A stretch of DNA of 14,224 nt from a virus (taxonomy: Duplodnaviria; Heunggongvirae; Uroviricota; Caudoviricetes), in IMG/VR virus record IMGVR_UViG_2565956613_000004, positions 1 to 14,224 of that record, one strand, 5' to 3'. A program made the position numbers and the translations under genes. The number at the start of each line of letters is the position of its first letter. Within the stretch, counting starts at the first letter, position 1. Shown here one piece after another: positions 1 to 9,107 of this stretch. The notes below the pieces were generated by a model that had not been told where the DNA came from, did not search any database, and saw only the letters and a list, made by a program, of their open reading frames with translations.

Positions 1-63
1 CACGGTAGGAATTGTGATGGCGGCAGCACTGGGTTTGTATTCAATTTGTCGCTGGTGGTAACG

Positions 64-297
64 ATGGGAAAAATAACTTTTGTAGTCGAATTTGAGGATG
101 GCAAAGAGCCACCTGTTAGCGCCAATCTTGATGTTGCTGGTGGCAGGCTTGTTTCGGTTCTATTTGGTGACTACCGAGATGACTTCTTCCAACCAGAAGA
201 AGTTGATGTAGTGCGAGAGGCATTAAACGAGTTAAGTGTTGATAACGATGATGCTCATGCGGAAATCATCCAAAAAATGGAACTGCTAACTCACTAA
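64..297 (+). CDS. hypothetical small strongly acidic protein (77 aa from ATG 64; frame open from 46)
   Basis: ORF track 46..297; first ATG at 64 preceded by GGTGG Shine-Dalgarno-like motif; about 18 Asp/Glu versus 6 Lys/Arg; no recognisable family. Confidence 0.4.
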   Translation: MGKITFVVEFEDGKEPPVSANLDVAGGRLVSVLFGDYRDDFFQPEEVDVVREALNELSVDNDDAHAEIIQKMELLTH

Positions 298-475
298 ATT
301 ATCAATTATGGTGCTATCACCTACGACACCGAGAGAAAATTTATAATGTCAAAAGTAAATGTTTTGATTTTTTCAGCAATTGTTGGCTTTGGTTTTACTG
401 CCGGAGTGCAGATTTATATTACGTGGGAAAAAATCATCAACTACGCATGGAGTTGTTTTATTAAGTGAGGTAAGT

Positions 476-769
476 ATGTGGAGAGGTAATAGTCATGGCA
501 AAAGCCAGATGATACTTACCGAATATCAGTTTGACCATAAAACCAATAAATCACGTTCAGTATATTTGCTTCGGCACAATAGCCGCGTAAGGAATACCGT
601 GCTGGAGCAAAATCTGACTGTTGAAATAGATAATTACGGGGGCTTCAAGCCAACAATTTCGCTTGATGATTTTCCTCGTGGTTTAAGCGAAAGAGAAGCA
701 ATGCTGAAATTAGCAGAATGGCTACAAAGATTAAGCATTGCTATTGAAGATAACTGGTCTGAACCTTAA
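476..769 (+). CDS. hypothetical protein (97 aa from ATG 476)
   Basis: ORF track 380..769; in-frame ATG at 476 preceded by GAGGT 5 nt upstream; same strand and tight spacing with the following ORFs. Confidence 0.45.
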   Translation: MWRGNSHGKSQMILTEYQFDHKTNKSRSVYLLRHNSRVRNTVLEQNLTVEIDNYGGFKPTISLDDFPRGLSEREAMLKLAEWLQRLSIAIEDNWSEP

Positions 770-775
770 ATTTAT

Positions 776-1150
776 ATGATGACACTAAAACATTTTCTTG
801 ACCGCCCATTATGGGCGGCAGCCGCAGGCTATGACTTTAATTATATGGATTGCATGTCTTATACCGCCAATGCATACGACTATTCCTTCAGTCTGCTGCT
901 TAATTCTTTAAGAATATTGCCGCAAACAGAAGTTGGAGAGCTTCATTTATGGCTATTGGGCTTTATCGCGGCTGGAGTTGGTATTGCTGTATGGCCTTTT
1001 ATTTTCTGGCTGGTGGCTGTTGTAGTGTGGTTTAAGTGCAAGACGTACCGGAGAAAGTATTTCTTAGGTGATGGAATGACTGATATTGCCAAAATGAACA
1101 TTGAAAAATGGACTAAGGAATGTGAAAAGAAATGGCGCAAAAAGAAATGA
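776..1150 (+). CDS. hypothetical membrane protein (124 aa), one long hydrophobic helix and a Lys-rich C-terminus
   Basis: ORF track; hydrophobic stretch LWLLGFIAAGVGIAVWPFIFWLVAVVVWF; starts 6 nt after the previous stop and overlaps the next ORF by 19 nt. Confidence 0.5.
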   Translation: MMTLKHFLDRPLWAAAAGYDFNYMDCMSYTANAYDYSFSLLLNSLRILPQTEVGELHLWLLGFIAAGVGIAVWPFIFWLVAVVVWFKCKTYRRKYFLGDGMTDIAKMNIEKWTKECEKKWRKKK

Positions 1151-2064
1151 CCAGAATCACTGAAGAGCGTATATCAGAGATTATTTCCCGTATCGAAATG
1201 TATGGTCACGGTGCTGGATATACGGCAGATGAAGTATTGGCACTTGCCCAAATGGCTTTGGCGGCTTGCAAAGATGATAAAAAAATGAAGTTTATCGACT
1301 TGTTAGTGAAGGAACTGCCTAAGTGCGGCGGGTGGCCTGATGGAATGAGTTATTGTTACCTACCCAGTGTCAATTTAATGGCACCATGCGCGACTTTTGC
1401 TTTTGGCTCAGACCACAAAAAAGACACTTTCTTTGGGCGCAATTTTTGTTGTGAGATTGAGCTTCCAATTGGTGACCTTGATAGCGATGAATACCAGTCA
1501 GTTGTCACTCGCGAACAATACGAATCAGCTCTCATAGCGTCGCAGAAAGTCGAGTTCAATGGTGATGAACTTGAAAGTAAGACTTACAGGTTGGATTTTG
1601 GGCAATGGCTGGAACAGCAACGCGGGAAAATCGATGTGGACTGTGGTTGTGTGTCCACTGAAACATTCATGCACTGGCTGCGGGTAGCTTACGAGGCTGG
1701 CAACTATCCGGATATTCCGGATAGTTCGGTGCCAGCACCAGGAAAGGGCGTCACCGGTGAACGTATCCGAATTAAGCCGCATGTTTATCGCGAACTGGTT
1801 AACCGTCTCCACGATACAGCGATCAAGTGTGCTGGCACCCAGCAATTACGAGAAAGAATTAGCCGTGTTTTGGGCGACGTTATTACACCAGATCATCATA
1901 AACAAGCCGAGAAAAGTGGCCTGGAAAGGTGTCACCTTGAGGCGGCATTAAACATTAAGCCGGGGCATACGCTTGGCATTATTGATGCACTATTGGTTCA
2001 TAAGATGGCCAGGGCTTTATTGCCGCTGGTGGATGCTGGCGATACAAGCGAGGGTGAAGTATGA
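1132..2064 (+). CDS. hypothetical Cys-rich protein (310 aa)
   Basis: Longest ORF in the left block; several Cys pairs (FCCEIELP, DVDCGCVS); stop overlaps the next start (ATGA); no motif I recognise such as Walker A or HNH. Confidence 0.55.
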   Translation: MAQKEMTRITEERISEIISRIEMYGHGAGYTADEVLALAQMALAACKDDKKMKFIDLLVKELPKCGGWPDGMSYCYLPSVNLMAPCATFAFGSDHKKDTFFGRNFCCEIELPIGDLDSDEYQSVVTREQYESALIASQKVEFNGDELESKTYRLDFGQWLEQQRGKIDVDCGCVSTETFMHWLRVAYEAGNYPDIPDSSVPAPGKGVTGERIRIKPHVYRELVNRLHDTAIKCAGTQQLRERISRVLGDVITPDHHKQAEKSGLERCHLEAALNIKPGHTLGIIDALLVHKMARALLPLVDAGDTSEGEV

Positions 2065-2423
2065 GAGTTGCAGATCACATCAAACACCTTGAAAGAATTA
2101 TCGAAAACGGTGAACTCTTAAGAGATCAGATGAGACGCACGGCAGAAGTCAGAGAGGCGATAATCCGCAGTCAGGCTGGTAAATTAAAGCAATTATCAGA
2201 GATTAACGCGCTATACAAGAACAGACGTAACCGGGCGGCGCTGCGGCTTCAGAAAGCACGTAATGAAATTAAATTGGTGGAGGCAAAACTGAAAAAACAG
2301 ATTCAGCGTTACGATCAGCAAGATGCTTTTTATGCCGCCATCAAGGCGGCTGCTAATGAAATAGGCATCTGGAAGTTGCTGGTGGAGAAAGCAAAGACGA
2401 AGTTAAATGCCAACGAAAGCTGA
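2061..2423 (+). CDS. hypothetical charged, probably coiled-coil protein (120 aa)
   Basis: ATG overlaps the stop of the 310-aa ORF; composition rich in K/R/E/Q/A/L typical of coiled coil. Confidence 0.5.
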   Translation: MRVADHIKHLERIIENGELLRDQMRRTAEVREAIIRSQAGKLKQLSEINALYKNRRNRAALRLQKARNEIKLVEAKLKKQIQRYDQQDAFYAAIKAAANEIGIWKLLVEKAKTKLNANES

Positions 2424-2497
2424 ACTACAGGTACCCACCAGCACATACAGAAAATGATTGTTTCCACATCAAGGAGATTTTAATGTTTCACTGAACA

Positions 2498-2635
2498 TTA
2501 AGTAAGCCAGTGCATAATTCCATTTTTTACTGACCTTAAAAGCAAAATCAAAACGATGATGAGGATGATCGCCAGAATCTGGCTAATAACAGGCGCATCT
2601 AAAAATGCACTCAGGAACTGAAAAAAAGCAGTCAT
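2498..2635 (-). CDS. candidate small hydrophobic peptide (45 aa; MTAFFQFLSAFLDAPVISQILAIILIIVLILLLRSVKNGIMHWLT)
   Basis: Translated by hand from the minus strand (below the ORF-track length cutoff); ATG at 2635, TAA at 2498..2500; AGGAA about 10 nt upstream; one predicted transmembrane helix; convergent with the upstream operon. Confidence 0.3.
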   Translation of the reverse strand: MTAFFQFLSAFLDAPVISQILAIILIIVLILLLRSVKNGIMHWLT

Positions 2636-2670
2636 TAAGGTGGTTCCTTGTCAAATGTAAAGGAGCACTT

Positions 2671-2739
2671 GCTCACGTTGACGTAGAAACCCAACCCCTA
2701 TATAGTTGGATTCGGTGAAAGAAAGTCGTTAACGTGAGC
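2671..2739. repeat. nested inverted repeat: 13-bp arms GCTCACGTTGACG / CGTTAACGTGAGC (12 of 13) enclosing an inner CCAAC...GTTGG palindrome
   Basis: Read directly from the sequence; lies in the 660-bp non-coding gap immediately upstream (minus-strand sense) of the 45-aa ORF. Confidence 0.4.
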
Positions 2740-3084
2740 TTACGGCACATGTTTTCGGAACAACATCAGGGAACGGCTAATTCCTTGATGCGGATGGGGT
2801 CTGTAATGCAGACCCTATCTATTAACGTCATGATTGCATCTCAAATTTTCTCCTTATCTTCATTAATCAAAATTCATTTCATTTGTGAAACATCACAATA
2901 TTTAGAAAATGGCCCTCTTGCAAGTGCATAACTTTGTGGATAAATCAGGAAGAAAAAAGTTGATTCTGCGCACGGCAAGGCAGATAAGCTGTGCACAAAA
3001 ATCAATGGGAAAAGAAAAAAAATTAAAAGTTACTTTGCTGGTTAAATAATAGTCGTTACGCAATTGTTCTGGATGGGATTTGAT

Positions 3085-3336
3085 ATGCACGATTGGAATA
3101 TTGCAGCTAAAAGTCAGGAAGAACGGGATAAGGTTAACGTTGATCTGGCTGCCAGCGGTGTGGCGTACAAAGAGCGATTGAACATACCTGTCATAGCTGA
3201 ACAGGTAGCCCGCGAGCAACCAGAGAATCTGCGCACCTATTTCATGGAACGGTTACGGCACTATCGGCAGTTAAGCCTCCAGTTGCCAAAAGGGAGCGAT
3301 CCGGTGTATCAGAACGAGGATGCACCAAAAAAATAA
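3085..3336 (+). CDS. hot: Hot, homolog of DNA polymerase III theta subunit (HolE)
   Basis: Segment [43 protein letters not shown] aligns with E. coli HolE ([43 protein letters not shown]); start placed at the ATG giving MHDWNIAAK (ORF track opens at a TTG at 3064). Confidence 0.8.
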   Translation: MHDWNIAAKSQEERDKVNVDLAASGVAYKERLNIPVIAEQVAREQPENLRTYFMERLRHYRQLSLQLPKGSDPVYQNEDAPKK

Positions 3337-3421
3337 CGGCAAGATGGGGGAGAAATGTGATTAGCCCCCAGCGTGGCGCGCCTACAAACCCCGCTTTCAC
3401 AAACTATGCCTTTTCAATGTA

Positions 3422-3441
3422 TACTGTATGAATAAACAGTA
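3422..3441. promoter_or_regulatory. LexA (SOS) box TACTGTATGAATAAACAGTA overlapping a TATACT -10 element
   Basis: CTGT-N8-ACAG with flanking TA, about 17 of 20 matches to the consensus TACTGTATATATATACAGTA; sits 19 bp upstream of the humD start codon. Confidence 0.75.
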
Positions 3442-3459
3442 TCATTGAGGTAAAACGCT

Positions 3460-3849
3460 ATGGGCTTCCCTTCTCCTGCGGCGGATTATGTTGAAAGCCG
3501 AATTTCTCTTGATCAGCAGATAATTAGACATCCTTCAGCGACCTACTTCATGCGGGCAGCTGATAGCCATCACCGTGAGGGAATATTGCAGGGTGCTTTG
3601 CTGGTGGTTGATTCCTCGCTTACTCCGGTTGATGGTTCTCTGCTTGTGTGCGCTATGGAGGGTGAATATCGCATAAAGAGATACAGGAAGTATCCGCGCC
3701 AGCACCTGGAGGATTTAAGCACCGGGAAGAAAGAGGCGTTACCAGTAGATGACGATGGATACACGGGCAGTAATGCTGTTTTTGGTGTGATCACTCATGT
3801 CATCAATGATGCCCGAAGTGGGGAATTTGATGATTGTCCGGTTATTTAA
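3460..3849 (+). CDS. humD: HumD, UmuD'-like translesion-synthesis accessory protein encoded in the already-processed form
   Basis: N-terminus [30 protein letters not shown] matches UmuD' starting at Gly25 ([29 protein letters not shown]); FGVITHV matches UmuD FGVVIHV; GAGG RBS; LexA box upstream. Confidence 0.85.
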   Translation: [129 protein letters not shown]

Positions 3850-3884
3850 GCTGCAAAGTGCTGGTGCTTTATGCCTGTGAAGTT

Positions 3885-3915
3885 TATAATTGTGTACACA
3901 TAACGAGTACACGAG
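3885..3915 (+). promoter_or_regulatory. phd-doc promoter with palindromic autoregulatory operator (TATAAT followed by TGTGTACACA and GAGTACAC)
   Basis: TATAAT at 3885..3890; perfect 10-bp palindrome TGTGTACACA at 3891..3900 and a related GTACAC half-site just before the phd RBS, consistent with known Phd/Doc autorepression. Confidence 0.55.
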
Positions 3916-3921
3916 GTGTTT

Positions 3922-4143
3922 ATGCAATCCATTAACTTCCGTACCGCGCGTGGCAACCTTTCTGAAGTGCTCAACAATGTTGAAGCCGGGGAAGAGGTTG
4001 AAATCACCCGCAGAGGCCGTGAGCCAGCAGTAATTGTCAGCAAGGCTACTTTCGAAGCCTACAAAAAAGCGGCGCTGGATGCTGAATTTGCATCCCTGTT
4101 TGACACCCTGGACTCCACCAACAAGGAACTGGTTAACCGATAA
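3922..4143 (+). CDS. phd: Phd antitoxin (prevent host death), 73 aa
   Basis: [49 protein letters not shown]... recognised as P1 Phd; GAGG RBS before ATG 3922 (ORF track opens at an upstream GTG); stop overlaps the doc start (TAATG). Confidence 0.85.
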
Positions 4144-4523
4144 TGAGGCATATATCACCGGAAGAACTTATTGCGCTTCATGATGCGAATATAAGCCGCT
4201 ACGGCGGCCTGCCGGGAATGTCTGATCCGGGTAGGGCAGAGGCCATTATCGGGAGAGTTCAGGCCAGAGTTGCCTACGAAGAGATCACCGACCTTTTCGA
4301 AGTCTCCGCCACCTACCTGGTGGCTACAGCGAGAGGGCATATATTCAATGATGCCAATAAGCGTACCGCGCTAAACAGTGCGCTGCTATTTCTACGCCGT
4401 AACGGGGTGCAGGTATTTGATTCACCTGAACTGGCAGACCTTACTGTAGGCGCTGCGACTGGCGAGATATCTGTATCTTCTGTCGCCGACACGTTACGTA
4501 GATTGTATGGTTCTGCGGAGTAG
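4143..4523 (+). CDS. doc: Doc toxin (death on curing), Fic-fold kinase, 126 aa
   Basis: Fic-type motif [11 protein letters not shown]; size and position right after phd with a 1-nt overlap; sequence recognised as P1 Doc. Confidence 0.9.
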
Positions 4524-4527
4524 ATTA

Positions 4528-4707
4528 ATGGCACGCAAATACAACAAATTGTCCCGTGAAGCGTTAAAGATGCTTCTTGATGGCGCGAGTCGCCGCAAGG
4601 TAAAGCAATACCTGGTTGGTAAGCAAATTGGAGTCAGGACCGCTATTGCTGTGTTATGCCGTCAGGAAATGGTTGTGCTTAAACAGAGAATGCCGGGCAG
4701 CAGATAA
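4528..4707 (+). CDS. pdcA: small basic protein, PdcA-like (post-doc), 59 aa from ATG 4528
   Basis: ORF track 4507..4707; the ATG at 4528 lies 5 nt after the doc stop with GGAG 8 nt upstream; assignment as pdcA is by position in the P1 gene order as I recall it. Confidence 0.45.
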   Translation: MARKYNKLSREALKMLLDGASRRKVKQYLVGKQIGVRTAIAVLCRQEMVVLKQRMPGSR

Positions 4708-4734
4708 AGCCCAATCAGTGATTAAAGGTGTGAT

Positions 4735-5778
4735 GTGAAAGCCGTAATTACTCCCTTTGTACAGAAAGAGCTTGGCCTCGCCACGTTCAAAGTGGATCAG
4801 GAGGTCAGAAAGCTGGTGGAGGCTGGCCGTAAATTTATTATGGAGCCGGTGCCGCGTGAGTTAATCGAGCACATGGAAGACGGCCTCGTTGTTACCGAGC
4901 AAACCATGGCAACAAATGAGGCGTTGCAGCCGTTTTTTAACAGCGATGAACTGTTTCGCCGTATTGGTGGAATTGACGCGCTGGTGGCGTGGTTGCGTAG
5001 GAAAGAGGGTCAATGCCAGGCCGCAGATCGTAGTTGGTGTGACAACCATATTGTCCACGCTGAACGAGACAATAGCGCGGTGTTGTTGTGCTGGCATCAC
5101 GATAACCATTACCGGATGCGTGGTTTTAATGAGCTGAAAGAAACGCTGCACAATAATCGCGTTAACTGGATACTGGATGTCGCCCGTCAGGAAATGGGCC
5201 TTTCAAATAGCCATGATTTAAGTATTCAGGAGCTGTGCTGGTGGGCTTTCATGCGCAACATGATGCACCTGATGCCGGAAGAAGTCTGCCGCATATCAAT
5301 AAATAAGATGAAGGCTACTCCGCAGGATAGCGGACCTCTGAAAGAGGCGGATATTCGCCCGTATGACGATCGCGCTACAGCATATGTTCAGATGATGGAA
5401 GAACGCGCCGCGCCGATGCGTGCAAAAGTATGCCCTGTGGATGTTGACGCCGACCCTGGCATGGCGCATTTCAAAATACCAAAACTTCAATCGCTAAAAT
5501 TGCCCGAGTACATGGATTTTGTGGCTTCCCGTCCATGCTGTGGCTGTGGAGCTGCGGGAGCTGGCGCTCACATTACGCCTTATATCGTTCGTCATAGTCG
5601 ATTATGCGCGCATGACATTTATGCTGTTCCTCTGTGCCAGTCATGCCAGCGTGATATTGAGCGTGACCGCGATAATTGGGAGAAGACGCACGGTAGGCTG
5701 GCGATGCATCAACGATTGTTCTTTGATTACGCGCTTGGAGTCGGCGCTATCACAAGTCATTCGTCGAGCGTTAGATAA
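4735..5778 (+). CDS. pdcB: PdcB-like protein with two Cys/His-rich putative zinc-binding clusters, 347 aa
   Basis: GTG start with AAGGTG 4 nt upstream; clusters [25 protein letters not shown] and CCGCG...H...C.HD...PLCQSCQ suggest a zinc-finger or HNH-like nucleic-acid-binding fold; name from recalled P1 gene order. Confidence 0.65.
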   Translation: MKAVITPFVQKELGLATFKVDQEVRKLVEAGRKFIMEPVPRELIEHMEDGLVVTEQTMATNEALQPFFNSDELFRRIGGIDALVAWLRRKEGQCQAADRSWCDNHIVHAERDNSAVLLCWHHDNHYRMRGFNELKETLHNNRVNWILDVARQEMGLSNSHDLSIQELCWWAFMRNMMHLMPEEVCRISINKMKATPQDSGPLKEADIRPYDDRATAYVQMMEERAAPMRAKVCPVDVDADPGMAHFKIPKLQSLKLPEYMDFVASRPCCGCGAAGAGAHITPYIVRHSRLCAHDIYAVPLCQSCQRDIERDRDNWEKTHGRLAMHQRLFFDYALGVGAITSHSSSVR

Positions 5779-5779
5779 A

Positions 5780-5796
5780 ATTGCTCTAATGTATTG
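5780..5796 (+). promoter_or_regulatory. C1 repressor operator-like site ATTGCTCTAATGTATTG upstream of lpa
   Basis: 13 of 17 match to the P1 C1 operator consensus ATTGCTCTAATAAATTT; lpa is known to be C1-controlled in P1. Confidence 0.6.
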
Positions 5797-5866
5797 CTAT
5801 TTCTTTAATCGAGGGTATTATATTCGACGTTGATTAGTTGACATGGGCTAATCAGTAGGTGACAGG

Positions 5867-6319
5867 ATGTTACTTAACTGGCAGGGACGCCACTTCATGG
5901 AAATAAATCACTCACGAATAACATCGTACGAGATTGCGGATTACATGATCCGCACTAAATCTCTTCTATCAGCGAAAGATCTCGCAGCAATTCTTGAAAA
6001 GGAATACCCGCATCTGGATGTCGATAAGCGCGATGTTTATCTGCGCTTAAAGGCTATCGCTGTGTCTAAGTATTCGTCTGTTTTGATTGATGACAGTACA
6101 CGCCCACGTAGATTTCAGATCCACTCTCTGAATCCTGAATTCTTTCGCCGCAGCCGCGCTCCGCGCCGGTTTGATGAAAAACTCCAGAACGAACTCTATA
6201 TGACGCAGGACGAAAAGGAACGCCGGGAGCACCAGCCTTGGGTGATGGCGCGTCAACTTTTCAATAAGGTGGTCCGTCAGCACCGTCATTACGGTAATGC
6301 CACATCCGCACGTATCTGA
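5867..6319 (+). CDS. lpa: Lpa, late promoter activator (gp10)
   Basis: 150-aa ORF with AGGTGA RBS, located between pdcB and pacA behind a C1 operator as in P1; sequence recalled as P1 Lpa, less certain than cre or c1. Confidence 0.65.
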   Translation: MLLNWQGRHFMEINHSRITSYEIADYMIRTKSLLSAKDLAAILEKEYPHLDVDKRDVYLRLKAIAVSKYSSVLIDDSTRPRRFQIHSLNPEFFRRSRAPRRFDEKLQNELYMTQDEKERREHQPWVMARQLFNKVVRQHRHYGNATSARI

Positions 6320-6405
6320 TTGATTGCTTGCCCGTTCCGGGCCTTTTGACATGTGACTTTCGTTACCCTCGCGTCAAAAAGAGTTTTATACGAAAGGAAG
6401 CATAA

Positions 6406-7599
6406 GTGACCTGGGACGATCACAAGAAGAATTTTGCTCGCCTGGCGCGAGATGGTGGTTACACCATCGCACAATATGCCGCCGAGTTTAATCTCAACCC
6501 AAACACCGCACGTCGTTATCTCCGTGCATTCAAAGAAGACACCGGAACAGCGGACAGCCGTAAGCCAAATAAGCCTGTCAGAAAACCACTAAAAAGCATG
6601 ATCATTGATCACGCTAATGATCAACGTGCAGGTGATCACATTGTGGCTGAAATGGCTGAAAAACAAAGAGTTAATGCTGTTGTCAGTGCCGCAGTCGAGA
6701 ACGCGAAGCGCCAGAATAAGCGCATAAATGATCGTTCTGATGATCATGACGTGATCACCCGCGCCCACCGGACCTTACGTGATCGCCTGGAACGCGACAC
6801 CCTGGATGATGATGGTGAACGCTTTGAATTCGAAGCTGGCGATTACCTGATAGATAACGTTGAAGCGCGGAAGGCCGCGCGCGCTATGTTGCGTCGGTCC
6901 GGGGCCGATGTTCTGGAAACCACTCTTCTGGAAAAGTCTCTTTCTCATCTCCTTATGCTGGAGAACGCCAGGGATACGTGTATTCGCCTGGTGCAGGAAA
7001 TGCGCGATCAGCAAAAAGACGATGATGAAGGTACTCCGCCTGAATACCGTATCGCGAGCATGCTAAACAGCTGTTCCGCGCAGATAAGCAGCCTGATCAA
7101 CACCATTTACAGCATCCGGAATAACTATCGAAAAGAAAGCCGGGAGGCGGAAAAGCACGCTTTGTCTATGGGGCAAGCTGGCATTGTTAAGCTGGCATAC
7201 GAACGAAAGCGTGAAAATAACTGGTCAGTGCTGGAAGCAGCTGAATTCATCGAGGCGCATGGCGGGAAAGTGCCGCCCCTGATGCTGGAGCAAATCAAAG
7301 CCGATCTGCGTGCTCCTAAGACCAATACCGATGATGAGGAAAGGCAAACAGCCGTCGGTGGCCCTTCTCTTGAAGATCTGGACAAAGTTGCGCGAGAACG
7401 GGCCGCCAACCGCCGCGCCGATGCCGCATTGTGGATTGAGCAGCGTAGGGAAGAAATCGCCGATATCGTTGATACAGGCGGTTATGGAGATGTTGATACT
7501 GAAGGTGTATCAAACGACCCATGGCTGGAACAAGACCTGGACGAAGACGAGGAGGAAGACGAAGAAGTTACCCGCAAGCTATACGGGGATGATGATTAA
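6406..7599 (+). CDS. pacA: PacA, terminase small (pac-recognition) subunit, 397 aa
   Basis: GTG start with AAGGAAG RBS; contains the pac hexamer clusters internally; acidic C-terminal tail ([11 protein letters not shown]); stop overlaps the pacB start. Confidence 0.9.
   Translation: MTWDDHKKNFARLARDGGYTIAQYAAEFNLNPNTARRYLRAFKEDTGTADSRKPNKPVRKPLKSMIIDHANDQRAGDHIVAEMAEKQRVNAVVSAAVENAKRQNKRINDRSDDHDVITRAHRTLRDRLERDTLDDDGERFEFEAGDYLIDNVEARKAARAMLRRSGADVLETTLLEKSLSHLLMLENARDTCIRLVQEMRDQQKDDDEGTPPEYRIASMLNSCSAQISSLINTIYSIRNNYRKESREAEKHALSMGQAGIVKLAYERKRENNWSVLEAAEFIEAHGGKVPPLMLEQIKADLRAPKTNTDDEERQTAVGGPSLEDLDKVARERAANRRADAALWIEQRREEIADIVDTGGYGDVDTEGVSNDPWLEQDLDEDEEEDEEVTRKLYGDDD
6599..6757. other. 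pac packaging site: four TGATCA hexamers (6599, 6606, 6618, 6633) and three TGATC(A/G) hexamers (6729, 6741, 6752) flanking the cleavage region
   Basis: Hexamers read directly from the sequence; the 4 + 3 arrangement over about 160 bp inside pacA matches the known Dam-methylation-sensitive P1 pac site. Confidence 0.8.
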
Positions 7600-9083
7600 T
7601 GGCCAGAAGTTGCGTAACGGATCCACGTTGGCGCGAGCTGGTGGCGCTATATCGTTATGACTGGATTGCGGCCGCTGATGTTTTGTTCGGCAAAACACCT
7701 ACCTGGCAGCAGGATCTGATTATTGAGTCTGTGCAGGAACAGGGTAGCAAGACATCTGTTTCGTCTGGTCACGGTACCGGGAAATCAGACATGACTTCTA
7801 TCATGATCATGTTGTTCATAATCATGTATCCAGGTGCCCGTGCCATTATCGTTGCGAACAAAATTCAGCAGGTAATGACCGGTATATTCAAGTACATCAA
7901 GATAAACTGGGCTACTGCCACCAGCCGTTTCCCATGGCTTGCTGATTATTTTGTTCTGACAGAAACCGCTTTCTATGAGATTACTGGTAAAGGTGTATGG
8001 ACTGTAGTACCGAAGGGCTTTCGTCTGGGAAGTGAAGAAGCTCTCGCCGGTGAACACGCAGATCATCTTCTGTATATTATCGATGAAGCCTCCGGTGTCA
8101 GTGATAGAGCTTTCGGTATCATCACCGGTGCTCTTACCGGACAGGATAACCGCATCTTATTGCTGTCACAGCCTACACGCCCAAGCGGCTATTTCTACGA
8201 TACACACCATAAACTGGCCAAGCGTCCTGGTAACCCTGATGGCGTTTATACGGCGATCACGCTTAACAGTGAGGAATCACCGTTGGTAACGCCAGCATTT
8301 ATCAAAATGAAGCTGGCGGAGTACGGCGGGCGTGATAACCCTATGTACATGATTAAGGTACGCGGCCTATTCCCTAAATCACAGGATGGCTTCCTTCTTG
8401 GACGTGATGAGGTTGAACGTGCAACGCGGCGGAAAGTCAAGATTGCAAAAGGATGGGGCTGGCTTGCATGTGTGGACGTTGCTGGTGGTACGGGACGGGA
8501 TAAGTCCGTTATCAATATCATGATGGTGTCCGGCCAGCGAAATAAACGCCGTGTAATCAACTATCGAATGCTGGAATACACAGACGTTACAGAAACGCAG
8601 CTTGCCGCCAAAATTTTCGCAGAATGTAATCCTGAGCGATTCCCAAATATCACCATAGCGATAGACGGCGATGGCCTGGGTAAAGCAACGGCGGATCTGA
8701 TGTACGAGTATTATGGTATTACCGTACAGCGTATACGCTGGGGTAAAAAGATGCATAGCCGTGAAGATAAGAGCCTGTACTTTGATAAACGTGCTTATGC
8801 CAACGTTCAAGCCGCAGAGGCCGTAAAATCTGGTCGTATGAGACTGGATAAGGGTAATGAAACTATTGAGGAAGCGTCGAAAATCCCTGTAGGGATTAAC
8901 TCCGCAGGTCAATGGAAGGTGATGAGTAAGGAGGATATGAAGAAAAAACTCAACCTGCACTCACCAGACCATTGGGATACATATTGTTTCGCTATGCTGG
9001 CTGATTATGTTCCCCAGGATGAAGTGCTTAGCGTCGAAGACGAAGCGCAGGTTGATGAAGCTCTGGCATGGCTTAATGAATAA
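7599..9083 (+). CDS. pacB: PacB, terminase large subunit, 494 aa
   Basis: P-loop-like [10 protein letters not shown] near the N-terminus; ATG overlaps the pacA stop (TAATG); size and position as for P1 PacB. Confidence 0.9.
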   Translation: MARSCVTDPRWRELVALYRYDWIAAADVLFGKTPTWQQDLIIESVQEQGSKTSVSSGHGTGKSDMTSIMIMLFIIMYPGARAIIVANKIQQVMTGIFKYIKINWATATSRFPWLADYFVLTETAFYEITGKGVWTVVPKGFRLGSEEALAGEHADHLLYIIDEASGVSDRAFGIITGALTGQDNRILLLSQPTRPSGYFYDTHHKLAKRPGNPDGVYTAITLNSEESPLVTPAFIKMKLAEYGGRDNPMYMIKVRGLFPKSQDGFLLGRDEVERATRRKVKIAKGWGWLACVDVAGGTGRDKSVINIMMVSGQRNKRRVINYRMLEYTDVTETQLAAKIFAECNPERFPNITIAIDGDGLGKATADLMYEYYGITVQRIRWGKKMHSREDKSLYFDKRAYANVQAAEAVKSGRMRLDKGNETIEEASKIPVGINSAGQWKVMSKEDMKKKLNLHSPDHWDTYCFAMLADYVPQDEVLSVEDEAQVDEALAWLNE

Positions 9084-9107
9084 CTCATTGACCATGCCGG
9101 ATAGAAA

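Noticed and set aside
2734-2931. 65-aa plus-strand ORF in the structured gap
   Set aside because: GTG start with no RBS and it runs across the hairpin at 2797..2815; the region looks non-coding.
3344-3370. Hairpin TGGGGG...CCCCCA after hot as an intrinsic terminator
   Set aside because: Long 14-nt loop and no U-run follows, so it is not a convincing terminator; hot and humD may be partly co-transcribed.
3739-4158. 139-aa minus-strand ORF spanning the humD 3' end, the phd promoter and phd
   Set aside because: Antisense to recognisable genes and crosses the phd-doc promoter/operator; considered spurious.
6386-6394. TTATACGAA, a 9-mer matching part of a loxP arm upstream of pacA
   Set aside because: Only a half-arm fragment with no partner arm or spacer; chance-level match.
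8379-8960. 193-aa ORF on the minus strand
   Set aside because: Lies entirely antisense inside the well-supported pacB coding region; no RBS seen; typical shadow ORF.
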